DNA of 64,000 bases. It comes from a virus. Its lineage: Duplodnaviria; Heunggongvirae; Uroviricota; Caudoviricetes. Within the stretch, counting starts at the first letter, position 1, and every line of letters begins with the position of its first letter. The translations under genes and the position numbers were made by a program. The notes under the pieces were generated by a model. It did not search any database and was not told the origin of the DNA. It saw only the letters and a program-made list of their open reading frames with translations. The DNA is taken from positions 7,343 through 71,342 of the IMG/VR virus record IMGVR_UViG_3300045450_000050. The stretch is one strand, 5' to 3'. Positions 19,301-28,025 of this stretch are shown here, piece after piece.

Positions 19301-21156
19301 AGGTTGCCCAGTCCGTCTGCGAACGCTCCCGTGAGCCAGTCCGTGAAGGGGGCAGCGGCGAGAGTCAGGTCCTTAAAGAAGGTTGCCAGGGAGAGGAATC
19401 CACGCCCCAGGTTGTCGATGACCTTGCCGTTCTCGTCACCAATCTTGGCCAGGTCTCGGCTCCACTCTGGCGAGGAGAGAAGACCGATGAGCGCCGAGAC
19501 GAAGTCGCCCATGGCGCGGGCGGCAGGACGCAGGAAGTTGCCGATGTTCTGGATGATCTGTGGCAGCTTGTCCATGTCGCCGACGAACCGGGAGAAGAAG
19601 TTCTCCTGGAGGTCGGAGCGCATGGCGTTCCACTCGTCCTGAAGGCCGATCAGAGCCAGCACGACGGCACGAGCAGACGGCGAAAGCTTGGCCAGCGCGG
19701 CTTCGTACTCGTTCGTGGCCGTCTCGGCAGCGGTGACCGCCGCGGTGGTGCCCTGGACATCCTGACGCAGCGCCTTCTGAGCGTCCTGCTCAGCGTAGAT
19801 CGCGTCCTGAACGTCTTCCTTGGCGTCGACAACGCGCTCAGAGCCCTCGACACCTCGGCGCTCAGCCTCGATCAGCTCGGCAGCAGCCTCAGTGTTGCGC
19901 TTGCGTACGTCGGCCAGGTCCTGCTCAGCCTCGCGGATGGCGACGGCGGCATCCGCCTTGTCTCCGGCCTGCGACGAGGGGTCGGCCATGACGTTGTTGT
20001 ACGCGTCACGCGCCTGCAACAGGTTCGCGATGGCGCGGTCCTCGTTGAGGCTGGCGCGCTCGACTTCGAGGCGCAGGTCCAGGAGGTCTTCGAGGGCCTG
20101 CTGGCGAGCCTTGTTGAGGTTCTGCTGCGCCTTCTGAACGTTGCGCTGGGCCTTGGCCAGGTTCCATTCAGCACGTGCGAGACGGTCAGCTCGATCAGCC
20201 TGGGACTCTCCGGTGGTGCCCCCGGTGGACCCCGCCTTGCCCACGGCCTTGTTCATGGCCGCGTACGTCTTGAAGACGTTGCCGACGCCACCCATCGACG
20301 CGATGACGGACGCAATGCCACCGACGACAGCCGACAGAATACCCGGGAGCGCCAGGAAGGCACCCGAGAGCGAGGCGATGTTTGCCGTGAGTCCGAACGC
20401 TGCGATGCCTACGGAGCCCAGCAGCGAGATCAGCGGGTTGATGGCTGCGACGACAGCCGCGATGACGGGAATGAGCGCGACGAACGGCGGTACGAGGTTG
20501 GGTCGCCAGTTTCCGAATCGCTGGAAGCCGCGGTGCAAGGTGTTGGAGATGGCGTGTGCACGAACCATCGCTGGTGTGAGCTGCTGGAACTGGCTGCGCA
20601 GCAGGGCCACAGCGCGTCCCCAACGCGTCGTGCTGCGCTCGGCGTCGGCCGCGTTACGAGCGATGCGCGCAGCGGCGTCTGCTGCCGACTCGTCGGGAAG
20701 AGCAGGCCGGAAGGATGGGCGGCGGCGATTGCCGAGAGGGCTAGCCTGACGTGTAGCGTCTCCGGCGCGACCGGCTGATCCCGCAACGCCGCGCTGCGAA
20801 GCTGTGTAGTCACGAGCGGCAGCAGCCGCTGCAAGGAAGCGCGTGGCGTTCGTGCCGAGTGCGCGGTTCTGACGCTGAATTGCGTCGGTGGCGAGTCGCG
20901 TGGTTCCGTCGAGAGCCGACTGACGGTCAGACATCCGCTTGGCCATGGTGGCCGCGGTGCGCATCGCGTCGGACTGCTTCTTGGTAGCGTCAGCCCGTGC
21001 CTGTCCGAGACGACCGGCATTGCGCTCCGACGATGTGTTGAGTTCGTCTTCCGCGCGCTTCAGATCGCGAATCTCGCCCTTGGCTCGGCGCACCTCGCGA
21101 GTGAGGGCGGAGAAGTCGGCGAGTGCCTGATACAAAACACGAGTCCGCTGATCCAT
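16366..21156 (-). CDS. tape measure protein with C-terminal peptidase-like domain
   Basis: 1596 aa, Ala-rich helical and coiled-coil, central hydrophobic stretch, after tail chaperones. Confidence 0.93.
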   Translation of the reverse strand: MDQRTRVLYQALADFSALTREVRRAKGEIRDLKRAEDELNTSSERNAGRLGQARADATKKQSDAMRTAATMAKRMSDRQSALDGTTRLATDAIQRQNRALGTNATRFLAAAAAARDYTASQRGVAGSAGRAGDATRQASPLGNRRRPSFRPALPDESAADAAARIARNAADAERSTTRWGRAVALLRSQFQQLTPAMVRAHAISNTLHRGFQRFGNWRPNLVPPFVALIPVIAAVVAAINPLISLLGSVGIAAFGLTANIASLSGAFLALPGILSAVVGGIASVIASMGGVGNVFKTYAAMNKAVGKAGSTGGTTGESQADRADRLARAEWNLAKAQRNVQKAQQNLNKARQQALEDLLDLRLEVERASLNEDRAIANLLQARDAYNNVMADPSSQAGDKADAAVAIREAEQDLADVRKRNTEAAAELIEAERRGVEGSERVVDAKEDVQDAIYAEQDAQKALRQDVQGTTAAVTAAETATNEYEAALAKLSPSARAVVLALIGLQDEWNAMRSDLQENFFSRFVGDMDKLPQIIQNIGNFLRPAARAMGDFVSALIGLLSSPEWSRDLAKIGDENGKVIDNLGRGFLSLATFFKDLTLAAAPFTDWLTGAFADGLGNLSALLDTDPEKQGLAAWLDIVRGRLIKWWAIIKNVGTTLFNYGKAASGFGDWLSDGFLRTTENWRQASERAMEAGSPFKKFLDEISKPGGVLENVNGLLGQFFGWMGREIMDPENIQDANDLVSVLRNDLGPALAGLLDALAKTDIDEKIIQAISSIITSITEIIDAGGGAAFETFADIITGFFKGVADFLGNLKPGEAEFLLSLIGGLAALSFIGKFTGITNLVGSLLTLAGKSGALTAMFSAMKGASALPAIVPAGAAGAAGAGTAGTAAVTTSGGFFGMLGLLGASLFGTSPNTFGDKDILEDREANKGKGFWDTFWGMFWGGDRSGFATTDEIKNGTGPAGTNPFGPAPLSDPFAAGQGAPGFNNVAAPKFTLFDGIQTAWSTAWAGAKLWWGEELPRFFQETGTNFSNGWASVTSFFDTTFIQPVKTGWSNIQTAFQIGWSWLNSNVLLPLQTAFQIAGMWVNNTFIRPIQAGWTNLQTALQIAWYWINNNVIIPFQNGMTTLGTWVSNAVTGIGNTFNKMKELFAAPIRFVVNTVYNSDTGIRGLWNKVNDALKLNMRLDPISTNFAEGGVYGKNRSVLPGYNPGIDNHHFVDQNGNRLNLGGGEGILVPQATRMLGGARGIEDINRKAKSGASFATGGVFGGAPKRKPRTGGPWEEVTKFAGDVFNNVSSFVRDTAGNVTNFFSNPVKFVTDAVKTPVNNILRGMPDSGRFSEMIKSWPSNVINGLTNFSKLKADQGNKQRQQEQDMAGGGPAPANVMGWRAQWDAVKKAFPSAWKSSDYRPGDPLYHGKGRAIDVSPSMAIFNWIKSNYPNSRELIYTPAGGRQLQNGQETTWRPEIAKAHWDHVHWAMREGGVFPGRRGLGAGTHDKGGKLRHGQAALNLSGKTEAFLTNEESKGLKALMMGTGLSRGMSSLGLPASVGSLQGAAAQIVDNSINIDKVEINNPTDEPVSESLPKSIRRIGYMQNARENA

Positions 21157-21171
21157 CTCCGCCCCCTTTCA

Positions 21172-22124
21172 CTACATCTGCTTGCCGCGAGTTTCCATCT
21201 GGCCCCACTGGCCCATGAACCGCTCGTACGATCCGATTGAGTTTTCGTGCGGATCAGAGGACTTCGGCTTGTTGCCCAGCAGAGCCGCCTCGACCTCGTC
21301 GTATGCGACCATCTCTGCCTGCTTCAACGCCTTGTTCTCCTGACCCTTCTCGACCATGTACCCCGCCGCCTCGAACTGAGACAGCGTTCGACCTAGCCAG
21401 CCAAACCGAGAGTTCTCCTTGCGTTCCTCGCTGTAGCGCCGGAGGTTGATGGCCGCGACCATCTGCCGGAACCTGGCGAGGGGGAGGTCTCCAATCTGCT
21501 GGTCGGTGTAGTGGTACTCAGAGGCGATGAGATCCCAGGACTGCGCGTAGCTTCCTACGAGGTTGTCCGGGTCGAAGCCCGCGATGCGCGCTTCGAGGAC
21601 TTCGGCGGCGTGCTCTCGTCGGAGCTGTTCTTCTGGAGCGATCGGCCCATCGTCGTCGCGAGGGCCGTGAGCTTTTTTCCCAGTGCCTGGATGTGGGGTG
21701 CCTCGTTCTCGACGATCCCGATGACGATGTCGATCAGGTCTTCCAGCTCGGGGTCCTGGAGCTGCTCATCGAGCTGGTTCCAGAGGTCCTCGTTCCAGGA
21801 CTCATCACCCTTGGTGATGCGTCCTTCCTCGCGGAGCTGCGCGGGCTTGACCATGAGGCGGAGGAAGCCCAGGGTCTCCTCGGGAGCGGAGGGGATGGCG
21901 AAGAGCGTGGCGAAGACGAGCTGCTGCTGGAAGCCCTCGGCGTTGGGGTCCAGCTCGCCGGAGAAGAGGATGTCGGCGGAGCCGCGCATCAGGATGCGCA
22001 GGAGGCCGAGGGTGGCGCGGGTGCGCAGGCGCTCGACCTTGATCGGGAAGCCCGATACCAGGGTCAGTGGCGTCGGCTCGGCCAGGATGATGTCTGTCTC
22101 GGATTCGGGATTTTCGGTGCTCAC
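21172..22124 (-). CDS. tail assembly chaperone, long form by -1 frameshift (~317 aa)
   Basis: G GGA AAA slippery heptamer at 21681-21675; -1 frame open without stop into the 21172..21462 ORF (checked by manual translation). Confidence 0.88.
21555..22124 (-). CDS. tail assembly chaperone, short form
   Basis: 189 aa ORF between major tail and tape measure. Confidence 0.88.
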   Translation of the reverse strand: MSTENPESETDIILAEPTPLTLVSGFPIKVERLRTRATLGLLRILMRGSADILFSGELDPNAEGFQQQLVFATLFAIPSAPEETLGFLRLMVKPAQLREEGRITKGDESWNEDLWNQLDEQLQDPELEDLIDIVIGIVENEAPHIQALGKKLTALATTMGRSLQKNSSDESTPPKSSKRASRASTRTTS

Positions 22125-22154
22125 GGCACTCTCCTATCTCTGTTGTGAGGGGGT

Positions 22155-22178
22155 GTAGGGGGGCCGTAGCCCCCCTAC
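22155..22178 (-). terminator. hairpin after major tail gene (attenuator or stabiliser)
   Basis: Perfect 10-bp stem GTAGGGGGGC/GCCCCCCTAC with 4-nt loop; no U tract. Confidence 0.6.
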
Positions 22179-22180
22179 GG

Positions 22181-22759
22181 TCAGATGCCGCGCGAGAGCA
22201 GGCGTCCGATGGCCTTGGTCGGCTGGTTGGTCTTGGAGTCGAGGACCTGCTGGCCCTTCTCGTCGACTGCGGAGAACAGCGCCGAACCGTTGTAGTTGAG
22301 GAGCAGGCCTTCCTTGTAGGCGGGGCCGTCGAAGGAGAAGGGCTGGAACTGCACCTTGTAGAGGATGAAGTCGAGCACGCGCGACACGCCCATGGCGTCC
22401 TTCGAGGGGACACGGATGAGCATCGGGCGCGGCTGCGTGTTCATCTGACGCTCTTCCCACAGGGGGAGCGAGAACGTCTGGGAGTCGCCCGAGCCGGACG
22501 ACGTGACCGCCGAGCCCGAGATCAGGCCCAGGGTGTTGAACGGGATGTAGCCACCCTGGATCGTGACGTTGGCCTTGTTGGCCCAGTTCCACGTCGAGAG
22601 GATGGTGTCGTCACCCGTGTTGTCGTACGAGTCCTGGTCCAGCTCCAGGTTGCCCGAGCGGATGCCGTAGATGTCGCCGAAGGTCTCCTCCACGCCCGAG
22701 GTCCCGTTGAGGATCGCGGCGTGGCTGATGGAGAAGCCTTCATTCCGGTGGTCAGCCAT
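22181..22759 (-). CDS. major tail protein
   Basis: 192 aa, GAGGAG RBS, own late-promoter motif, position before chaperones. Confidence 0.82.
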   Translation of the reverse strand: MADHRNEGFSISHAAILNGTSGVEETFGDIYGIRSGNLELDQDSYDNTGDDTILSTWNWANKANVTIQGGYIPFNTLGLISGSAVTSSGSGDSQTFSLPLWEERQMNTQPRPMLIRVPSKDAMGVSRVLDFILYKVQFQPFSFDGPAYKEGLLLNYNGSALFSAVDEKGQQVLDSKTNQPTKAIGRLLSRGI

Positions 22760-22810
22760 TTCGATCTCCTCTTTCGGCTGCGAATATGGGACCGACGAAT
22801 CGGTCAGCAG

Positions 22811-22819
22811 GAGTATCGG
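22811..22819 (-). promoter_or_regulatory. late-promoter motif CCGATACTC upstream of major tail gene
   Basis: Exact 9-mer in 69-bp intergenic gap. Confidence 0.7.
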
Positions 22820-22828
22820 ACGAAGGCC

Positions 22829-23026
22829 TCAGTCGTCGGCGAGCACCGTGTGGGTGTCGATCAGGACACCCTCGGGTGTGTAGCGATGCACGACGAGACT
22901 CACGTCGGCACCGAGGGCGCGCAGGGTGCGTCGGCAGTTAGGGCAGGCCACTTCCCACACCCCATCCACGACGCGTGCGAAGAGCCCCTTTGGTCCTGCG
23001 GGGCAGCGGACATCAATCGTTTCCAC
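22829..23026 (-). CDS. small Cys-rich (Zn-ribbon-like) protein
   Basis: VRCP....VACPNCRR in 65 aa. Confidence 0.7.
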   Translation of the reverse strand: METIDVRCPAGPKGLFARVVDGVWEVACPNCRRTLRALGADVSLVVHRYTPEGVLIDTHTVLADD

Positions 23027-24143
23027 GGGACGCTCCGATCTGTGCTGCCTGGGCCTGCTGCCACAGACGCTCGCCCTTGTCCTGCGGCAACGCTGCGCGC
23101 AGCTTCAGGAACAGCCGGTCGACCACGGCGTCCCACGAATGTGCCTGAGGAATGATGCGAGACGCGATCTCGCCCTTCTCCTTGGCCTCAGCCCGGTTGC
23201 GGAACACGTGCAGCATCTTGGCCTTCAGATCCTCCACGCTCACGGTCGCGTTCATCGTGGTGGGACGATACGGATCGTCGGCCTCCAGCGTGTAGTCGAG
23301 GGCGTAGTTGTAGTCGGGATTCAGCCACTGCGTGTGCCCGGACCAGTTCGTCGCGATGACTGCGCCTCCCGTGCTCTGGAACTCCAGTGCGGGCATGTTC
23401 TTGCCTTCGCCCCTGCTGGGGGCCAGAAGCACGTGCTGCGAGGCGTAGAAGTCCCGGAGGACGTTCTGCGGCCACACGTCGTAGTACACACGCAGCCCGG
23501 GGAACGCGTCCTCCATGCCGCTGTGCAGCCCTGGTGACGTGGTCTTCAACGACAGGCGGGCGTGCTCACGAAAGTCCTCGTGCTCACGCTGAAGCTCGGC
23601 GAAAGCCTGGACAGCAGCGAAGGGTGCCTTGCGCGGGCTAAGCACGCCGACCATGCAGAAGTAGAAGTTCGTCTCGTTCCAGTCCCGCTCCAGGAATGGC
23701 CATGGCGTGGGATCGAAGCCGCCCTGATGGATGGCGATGGGCCCCTTGTAGTACGGCGCGAAGCAGTCGCGGTCGATAGGTGAGTATCCGAGGAGCGCGT
23801 CGAAGTCCTTCAGCCGCTTGCGCAGTGTGCGTCGATGCTTGGTCGCCATGTTCTCGACGTTGCTGTACTCCCACATGGTCCACGCGACGGACACGTCCGC
23901 GTGCGGGTGCATCTCCTCGGGGAACGTCAGCGACATCGGATCGATGTGATTCAAGTACAGATCGAACGGAGCCTTCAGCTCCTTGGTCAGGAGCTGCGCC
24001 ACGTCGGCAGGCAGCGGCGCGTCGATGTGCGGGACCTGAAGGTACACATCTGCGCCGTAGCGCATCAGTGCCTGTGCCAGGCCGATGCCATCGTTGCCGT
24101 AGCCGGTGTAGTTACTCATCGGCGTACGAAGCAGGATCTTCAC
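23013..24143 (-). CDS. GT-B fold glycosyltransferase (GT4-like)
   Basis: TGYGNDG N-terminus, VGVLSPRK, PSRGEGKNMPALEFQSTGGAVIAT (E-x7-E). Confidence 0.88.
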   Translation of the reverse strand: MKILLRTPMSNYTGYGNDGIGLAQALMRYGADVYLQVPHIDAPLPADVAQLLTKELKAPFDLYLNHIDPMSLTFPEEMHPHADVSVAWTMWEYSNVENMATKHRRTLRKRLKDFDALLGYSPIDRDCFAPYYKGPIAIHQGGFDPTPWPFLERDWNETNFYFCMVGVLSPRKAPFAAVQAFAELQREHEDFREHARLSLKTTSPGLHSGMEDAFPGLRVYYDVWPQNVLRDFYASQHVLLAPSRGEGKNMPALEFQSTGGAVIATNWSGHTQWLNPDYNYALDYTLEADDPYRPTTMNATVSVEDLKAKMLHVFRNRAEAKEKGEIASRIIPQAHSWDAVVDRLFLKLRAALPQDKGERLWQQAQAAQIGASRGND

Positions 24144-24183
24144 TGTGGACCTCCCGGGCCTCTCGTGATGTGGATGAGCGTGA

Positions 24184-24693
24184 TCAGAGCTGATTCACGC
24201 CGTAGGTAAAGCGCCCCATCCAAGCTGTTTCGGTGCCAGAAATGGGGGAGAAGACAGGGCCGCTGAGTCGCATGCTGCCAGTGATGATGACGCCGGTCTT
24301 CTGCGCGATTTCCTCAGCCGTGCCCCAGATGATGGGTCCGCCGCCTGGTCCGCCCGTGTCGACCGTGTGCAGAATGCGATCCATCGCACGCTGGATGTCG
24401 AGGATCTTGTCCTTGGCATTGTCGCGCGTGATGTTGCCATCCGTGCCGCGGTCAGGGTCGGCCCACACGTCGACAACCAGCGACGGGAAGTACATGCGGT
24501 TGTGCGGGTTCGGGCTCGTGTACGGCTCGCCCTCGTTGATCACGACGACAGCCGCGCTGTTCTTTTCGAAGCGGATCATGACGGGCTTCTCGTCAAAGAT
24601 CCATGTGTCCCAGGAGGCGGAGCGGCCCAGGAGAGCGGTCAGGGGCGTGTACTGAGCGAGCGTGTTGCGCACAGCGAGCGAAAGTCGAGTCAT
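24184..24693 (-). CDS. tail terminator protein
   Basis: 169 aa; position after HK97-gp10-like gene; VVDVWAD strand pattern. Confidence 0.65.
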   Translation of the reverse strand: MTRLSLAVRNTLAQYTPLTALLGRSASWDTWIFDEKPVMIRFEKNSAAVVVINEGEPYTSPNPHNRMYFPSLVVDVWADPDRGTDGNITRDNAKDKILDIQRAMDRILHTVDTGGPGGGPIIWGTAEEIAQKTGVIITGSMRLSGPVFSPISGTETAWMGRFTYGVNQL

Positions 24694-25094
24694 GGGTTCA
24701 GCGCCTTCAGCATTGCCTTGACGTACGCGAGATGCGACGCCGAGAGAGGGGCCATGAAGTTGTGGTCACCCTGAGCATCAGATGCTCCGCCCGCGCCACC
24801 GATACCGCGAGCTGCCTCATAGATAGCGTAGTTGACGGGGTTGTTCGGGCCGAGCGAAGCGCCACCGTAGGAGATCTCGCCCTTCCACTCCTTGGTGGCC
24901 TGGAGGAACTCGGAATGCGAATCACCCGAAGACTTCAGCGATCCCGTCTGTACGTGGACGGCTGCTTGGGTCGCCGCGAATCCCGCCGCCAGTACGCTGT
25001 CGAGCATCGCGATGGTGCGTGCGTCCGGGAGGCGATCAAGGCGATCCAGTTCTTGGTCGATGCCACGCCAGTTGCTACGCAGCCGCACGGTCAC
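24690..25094 (-). CDS. HK97 gp10-like neck/tail-completion protein
   Basis: GTG start overlapping previous stop; VHVQTGSLKSS, YAIYE, HNFMAP. Confidence 0.72.
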   Translation of the reverse strand: MTVRLRSNWRGIDQELDRLDRLPDARTIAMLDSVLAAGFAATQAAVHVQTGSLKSSGDSHSEFLQATKEWKGEISYGGASLGPNNPVNYAIYEAARGIGGAGGASDAQGDHNFMAPLSASHLAYVKAMLKALNP

Positions 25095-25570
25095 AGCGGG
25101 TCCTCGCCATCCGGATCTCCCGGCATGGACGGCAGTGGGTCCTCGCCCGGCCACTGGATCTCGCTGAGGTCTTGGCCCACTTCGATGACCTGAACTTCCA
25201 GGTGGTTCGTATCGTCGTAGCCCTGCGCCTCGTCGGGCTTGGGTCGGATCTCGAACGTGCCCTTCACCGGGATCTTGCCGCGCATGTTCGGGATGGCCAC
25301 GATGCGGTCGCCTGCTCGGATGGGAGCGTACGGGAACGTGAACAGCACGCCCATCCGATCCGGAGCCTTCCCCGCCTCCGGGGCGAGCGGGATGTCCTTG
25401 CCAGGACGCACGAACATGAGGTCGAGTCGCCCCATCAGGAACTGGAGCATGTCGTTCTCGTTCTGGTCCGTGGAGGTCGCCTGGGCCCAGTCCGTGTACG
25501 GCACGCCGTCCTCCACACGCACGAGCTGCAAACGCTCGACGCGGAAGGCACTGGGGTAGAGGTGCTGCAT
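25091..25570 (-). CDS. head-closure (stopper) protein
   Basis: 159 aa; IRAGDRI, HLEVQVIE; synteny. Confidence 0.68.
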   Translation of the reverse strand: MQHLYPSAFRVERLQLVRVEDGVPYTDWAQATSTDQNENDMLQFLMGRLDLMFVRPGKDIPLAPEAGKAPDRMGVLFTFPYAPIRAGDRIVAIPNMRGKIPVKGTFEIRPKPDEAQGYDDTNHLEVQVIEVGQDLSEIQWPGEDPLPSMPGDPDGEDPL

Positions 25571-25581
25571 GGCGAGTCCTA

Positions 25582-27375
25582 TCAGACGAAGTCGTAGTGC
25601 GCCTGGATAGCGGCACGGACGGTGGCGCGCTCACTCTGAGACAGATGACGGGGGAACTGGATGACCTCGGCGAAGTCGATGATGCGTGTGCCTGCACCAG
25701 CAGCACCGCCCGTCACGCCCACCCAGAAGTCCGACGTTTCCGTGGGAACCCAGCCCGATGCCGTGGTCACCTCCGTGCCGTCAACCGACAGCGTGGGCTG
25801 TGCAACCTGGAAGAACACCACACGCCAAGCGCCCAAGCTCATCGTGGGCGATGCCACCGAGATCAGCGGGGTGCCTGCGCCGGAAGCGGCGAAGGTTCCG
25901 TTGGACTGACGGCGAGCGACCACACCGTGTGCCTTGACGAACTGCGGCGTGCCCGCGGTGGTGCCTGTGTTGTAGCGCATCACGACAGCCACGGTGCGCG
26001 TGTCGGGAGCCAGCGGCTTGTTGTCGGAGAGTCGGTAGCTCACGTTCTCGTTCGTCGTGAAGCGCGCGATCTTGTTGGTGCCATCCAGGACGATTTCCGC
26101 CGCTCCCGTGTCGCCACTGACGGGCGTGAGATCGAGCGGCGAAGCTCCGTGGTCTCGCCACTTCGCCAGCGTTCCGACGCTGAGCGACGAAGCGATGTAG
26201 CGGTGATCCCAGTCGTCCACGCCCAGGGCGTACGGCTGAGGGAGCGGGTCGGGCAGCGGCGTCGGGATGTCGCTGGTCTTCAGCAGCATGTCCAGCTCCA
26301 CGAGCCGGGCGAAGATGAACCGGGCGTAGGCGGTGTACCCGGCTGCGTTCAGGTGAACGGCGTCCTCGCTCCCTGCTGTGGTGTTGGCCCAGAAGGATCG
26401 AGGCAGCGACCCTTCGGCGATGGCTGTCTGGTCTGCCGTCGTGGGCGTGATGCCGACCGACAGCAGCGCTGCCGAACTCGACAGCCACTGACGCGTGTTC
26501 ACGTACCGACGCCCGAACGCGGTGATCATCGCCGTTTCTGTCGCTGCGCGGGATGCGGCGTTGCCGGTGTGCAGGCCGAGCACCAGCCAGTTCTTGATGC
26601 CTGGGCGAATGTGCTCGATCATGGCGCGGTAGCGGCCGATGAGTACGTTCACATCGAAGGCTCCGTCATTCTGTCCCATCCCCATGATGTGGATGTCGTC
26701 ACGACGGTCGCGCGAGGCTGCGGTGATCAGGGGAGCCGGGAACGGCACGTCTACCACGTTTCCGGCAACTGCCCGAGTGAAAGTGTATGTGCCTGTCGAC
26801 AGACTCAACGTGCCTCGCACGCCCGAGATCTCAACCGGGTTCACTCCCGCGGTGCCTCCTGTGAGGAGAGTCGCTCCTACGCCGTCGTCGTATGCGATGG
26901 TGACGACTACTCCGCCTGAAGCCGGGATAGAGCCTGTCGGAACGGTGACGAGGACAGGACGGCCTCCCTGACGTGCAGAGATGCCCCGCGAAGACTCTCC
27001 GCCAACGCCAAGGTTGCGCACTGTGCCGAGGTAGCCACCCGCTGTGAGAAACGACTGGAGCACGCCAGGGTAGGAGGTGCCCCCACCGCCTGCACCCGCA
27101 GTGATGGAATCTCCGTCACACGCGATGTCTGGTCCGGTTCGTGCCACGGCTGTGCCGCCGCCCAGCCCAGCCAAGCCCGCTTCTACGGCCGAAGCTACTG
27201 CGCTTTGAAGCTCAGACGAGTTCGCGATTTCCTGCATGGAGGGCACATCAGGCAGGTCGGGGATTTCAGGGATCTCATCCTTCGTCGCGAAGAGACGACG
27301 AAGTGGAGCCAGGAAGAAATCGCTGAAGTTTCCCTGCTCGTCAGTGGTCGCGAACTTACGGTCCCGGGGGATCAT
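25582..27375 (-). CDS. SGNH/GDSL hydrolase fused to LamG/ConA-like domain
   Basis: Blocks GDSIT, NLGVGG, GMGQND, DAVHLNAAGY; beta-rich C-terminus. Confidence 0.85.
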   Translation of the reverse strand: MIPRDRKFATTDEQGNFSDFFLAPLRRLFATKDEIPEIPDLPDVPSMQEIANSSELQSAVASAVEAGLAGLGGGTAVARTGPDIACDGDSITAGAGGGGTSYPGVLQSFLTAGGYLGTVRNLGVGGESSRGISARQGGRPVLVTVPTGSIPASGGVVVTIAYDDGVGATLLTGGTAGVNPVEISGVRGTLSLSTGTYTFTRAVAGNVVDVPFPAPLITAASRDRRDDIHIMGMGQNDGAFDVNVLIGRYRAMIEHIRPGIKNWLVLGLHTGNAASRAATETAMITAFGRRYVNTRQWLSSSAALLSVGITPTTADQTAIAEGSLPRSFWANTTAGSEDAVHLNAAGYTAYARFIFARLVELDMLLKTSDIPTPLPDPLPQPYALGVDDWDHRYIASSLSVGTLAKWRDHGASPLDLTPVSGDTGAAEIVLDGTNKIARFTTNENVSYRLSDNKPLAPDTRTVAVVMRYNTGTTAGTPQFVKAHGVVARRQSNGTFAASGAGTPLISVASPTMSLGAWRVVFFQVAQPTLSVDGTEVTTASGWVPTETSDFWVGVTGGAAGAGTRIIDFAEVIQFPRHLSQSERATVRAAIQAHYDFV

Positions 27376-27376
27376 C

Positions 27377-28006
27377 TCAGCCTCCAGGGGGCGAGTAGGC
27401 TCCCGAGCCGGGAGGGGATTCTACCCAGTCGATGGGGACGTACGGAGCGTCCCCCAGCGGAACAGGGTTGGGATGCTGATACGCCGCGCCTGGGGCAGGG
27501 TCGTATCCGAACTGGTGCGACACGGCGAGGTCCCCCGGCGACAGGTAGGTCGTGATGCCCTCGCGACCCTGCGGCATGCCCTCATTGCGACCGAACACAT
27601 CGATGCCCATGGACATCGGGATGTCCGAGCCGAAGGTGGCGCATACGGTCAGCTCGCCGACCGCCAGGTCGAACCACGTCACGCCTGTGGGCAGGCCCTG
27701 TTGAACCGCCTGGGCCACGCGCGAGTAGGAGTAGGAACCGATGGACTCGGACTGGAATGGTGACGCCAGCGCGGTCTGGTACGGAGCGCTGAGGTGGATC
27801 GCGTCCGTCATCGACAAGATCCCGAAGTCGACGAGCTGCTGCTTCTCCGGAGAGAGCTGTGCCACGTCAGCCAGGCACGTGCCGATCTTGAACAGGAGGA
27901 GGGCCTGAGGGAGCGCCGAGTTGGTGATGTACCCCTCGGGGAAAGACACCAGCGGACGGCCGGTGAAGTCAGCCAGGTCCTGCCGGGAATACGTCTTGAA
28001 GCTCAT
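27377..28006 (-). CDS. head-to-tail adaptor
   Basis: DLADFTG, FQSESIGSYSYS (typical adaptor motif). Confidence 0.78.
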   Translation of the reverse strand: MSFKTYSRQDLADFTGRPLVSFPEGYITNSALPQALLLFKIGTCLADVAQLSPEKQQLVDFGILSMTDAIHLSAPYQTALASPFQSESIGSYSYSRVAQAVQQGLPTGVTWFDLAVGELTVCATFGSDIPMSMGIDVFGRNEGMPQGREGITTYLSPGDLAVSHQFGYDPAPGAAYQHPNPVPLGDAPYVPIDWVESPPGSGAYSPPGG

Positions 28007-28025
28007 GCTCAGGCCCTCTCAGGGT

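Noticed and set aside
15595-20778. 1727-aa plus-strand ORF (also 9080..11332, 28758..31859, 34333..37656, 40451..42568 and many similar)
   Set aside because: Antisense shadows of real minus-strand genes; high GC3 removes stops on the opposite strand; no RBS or recognisable motifs
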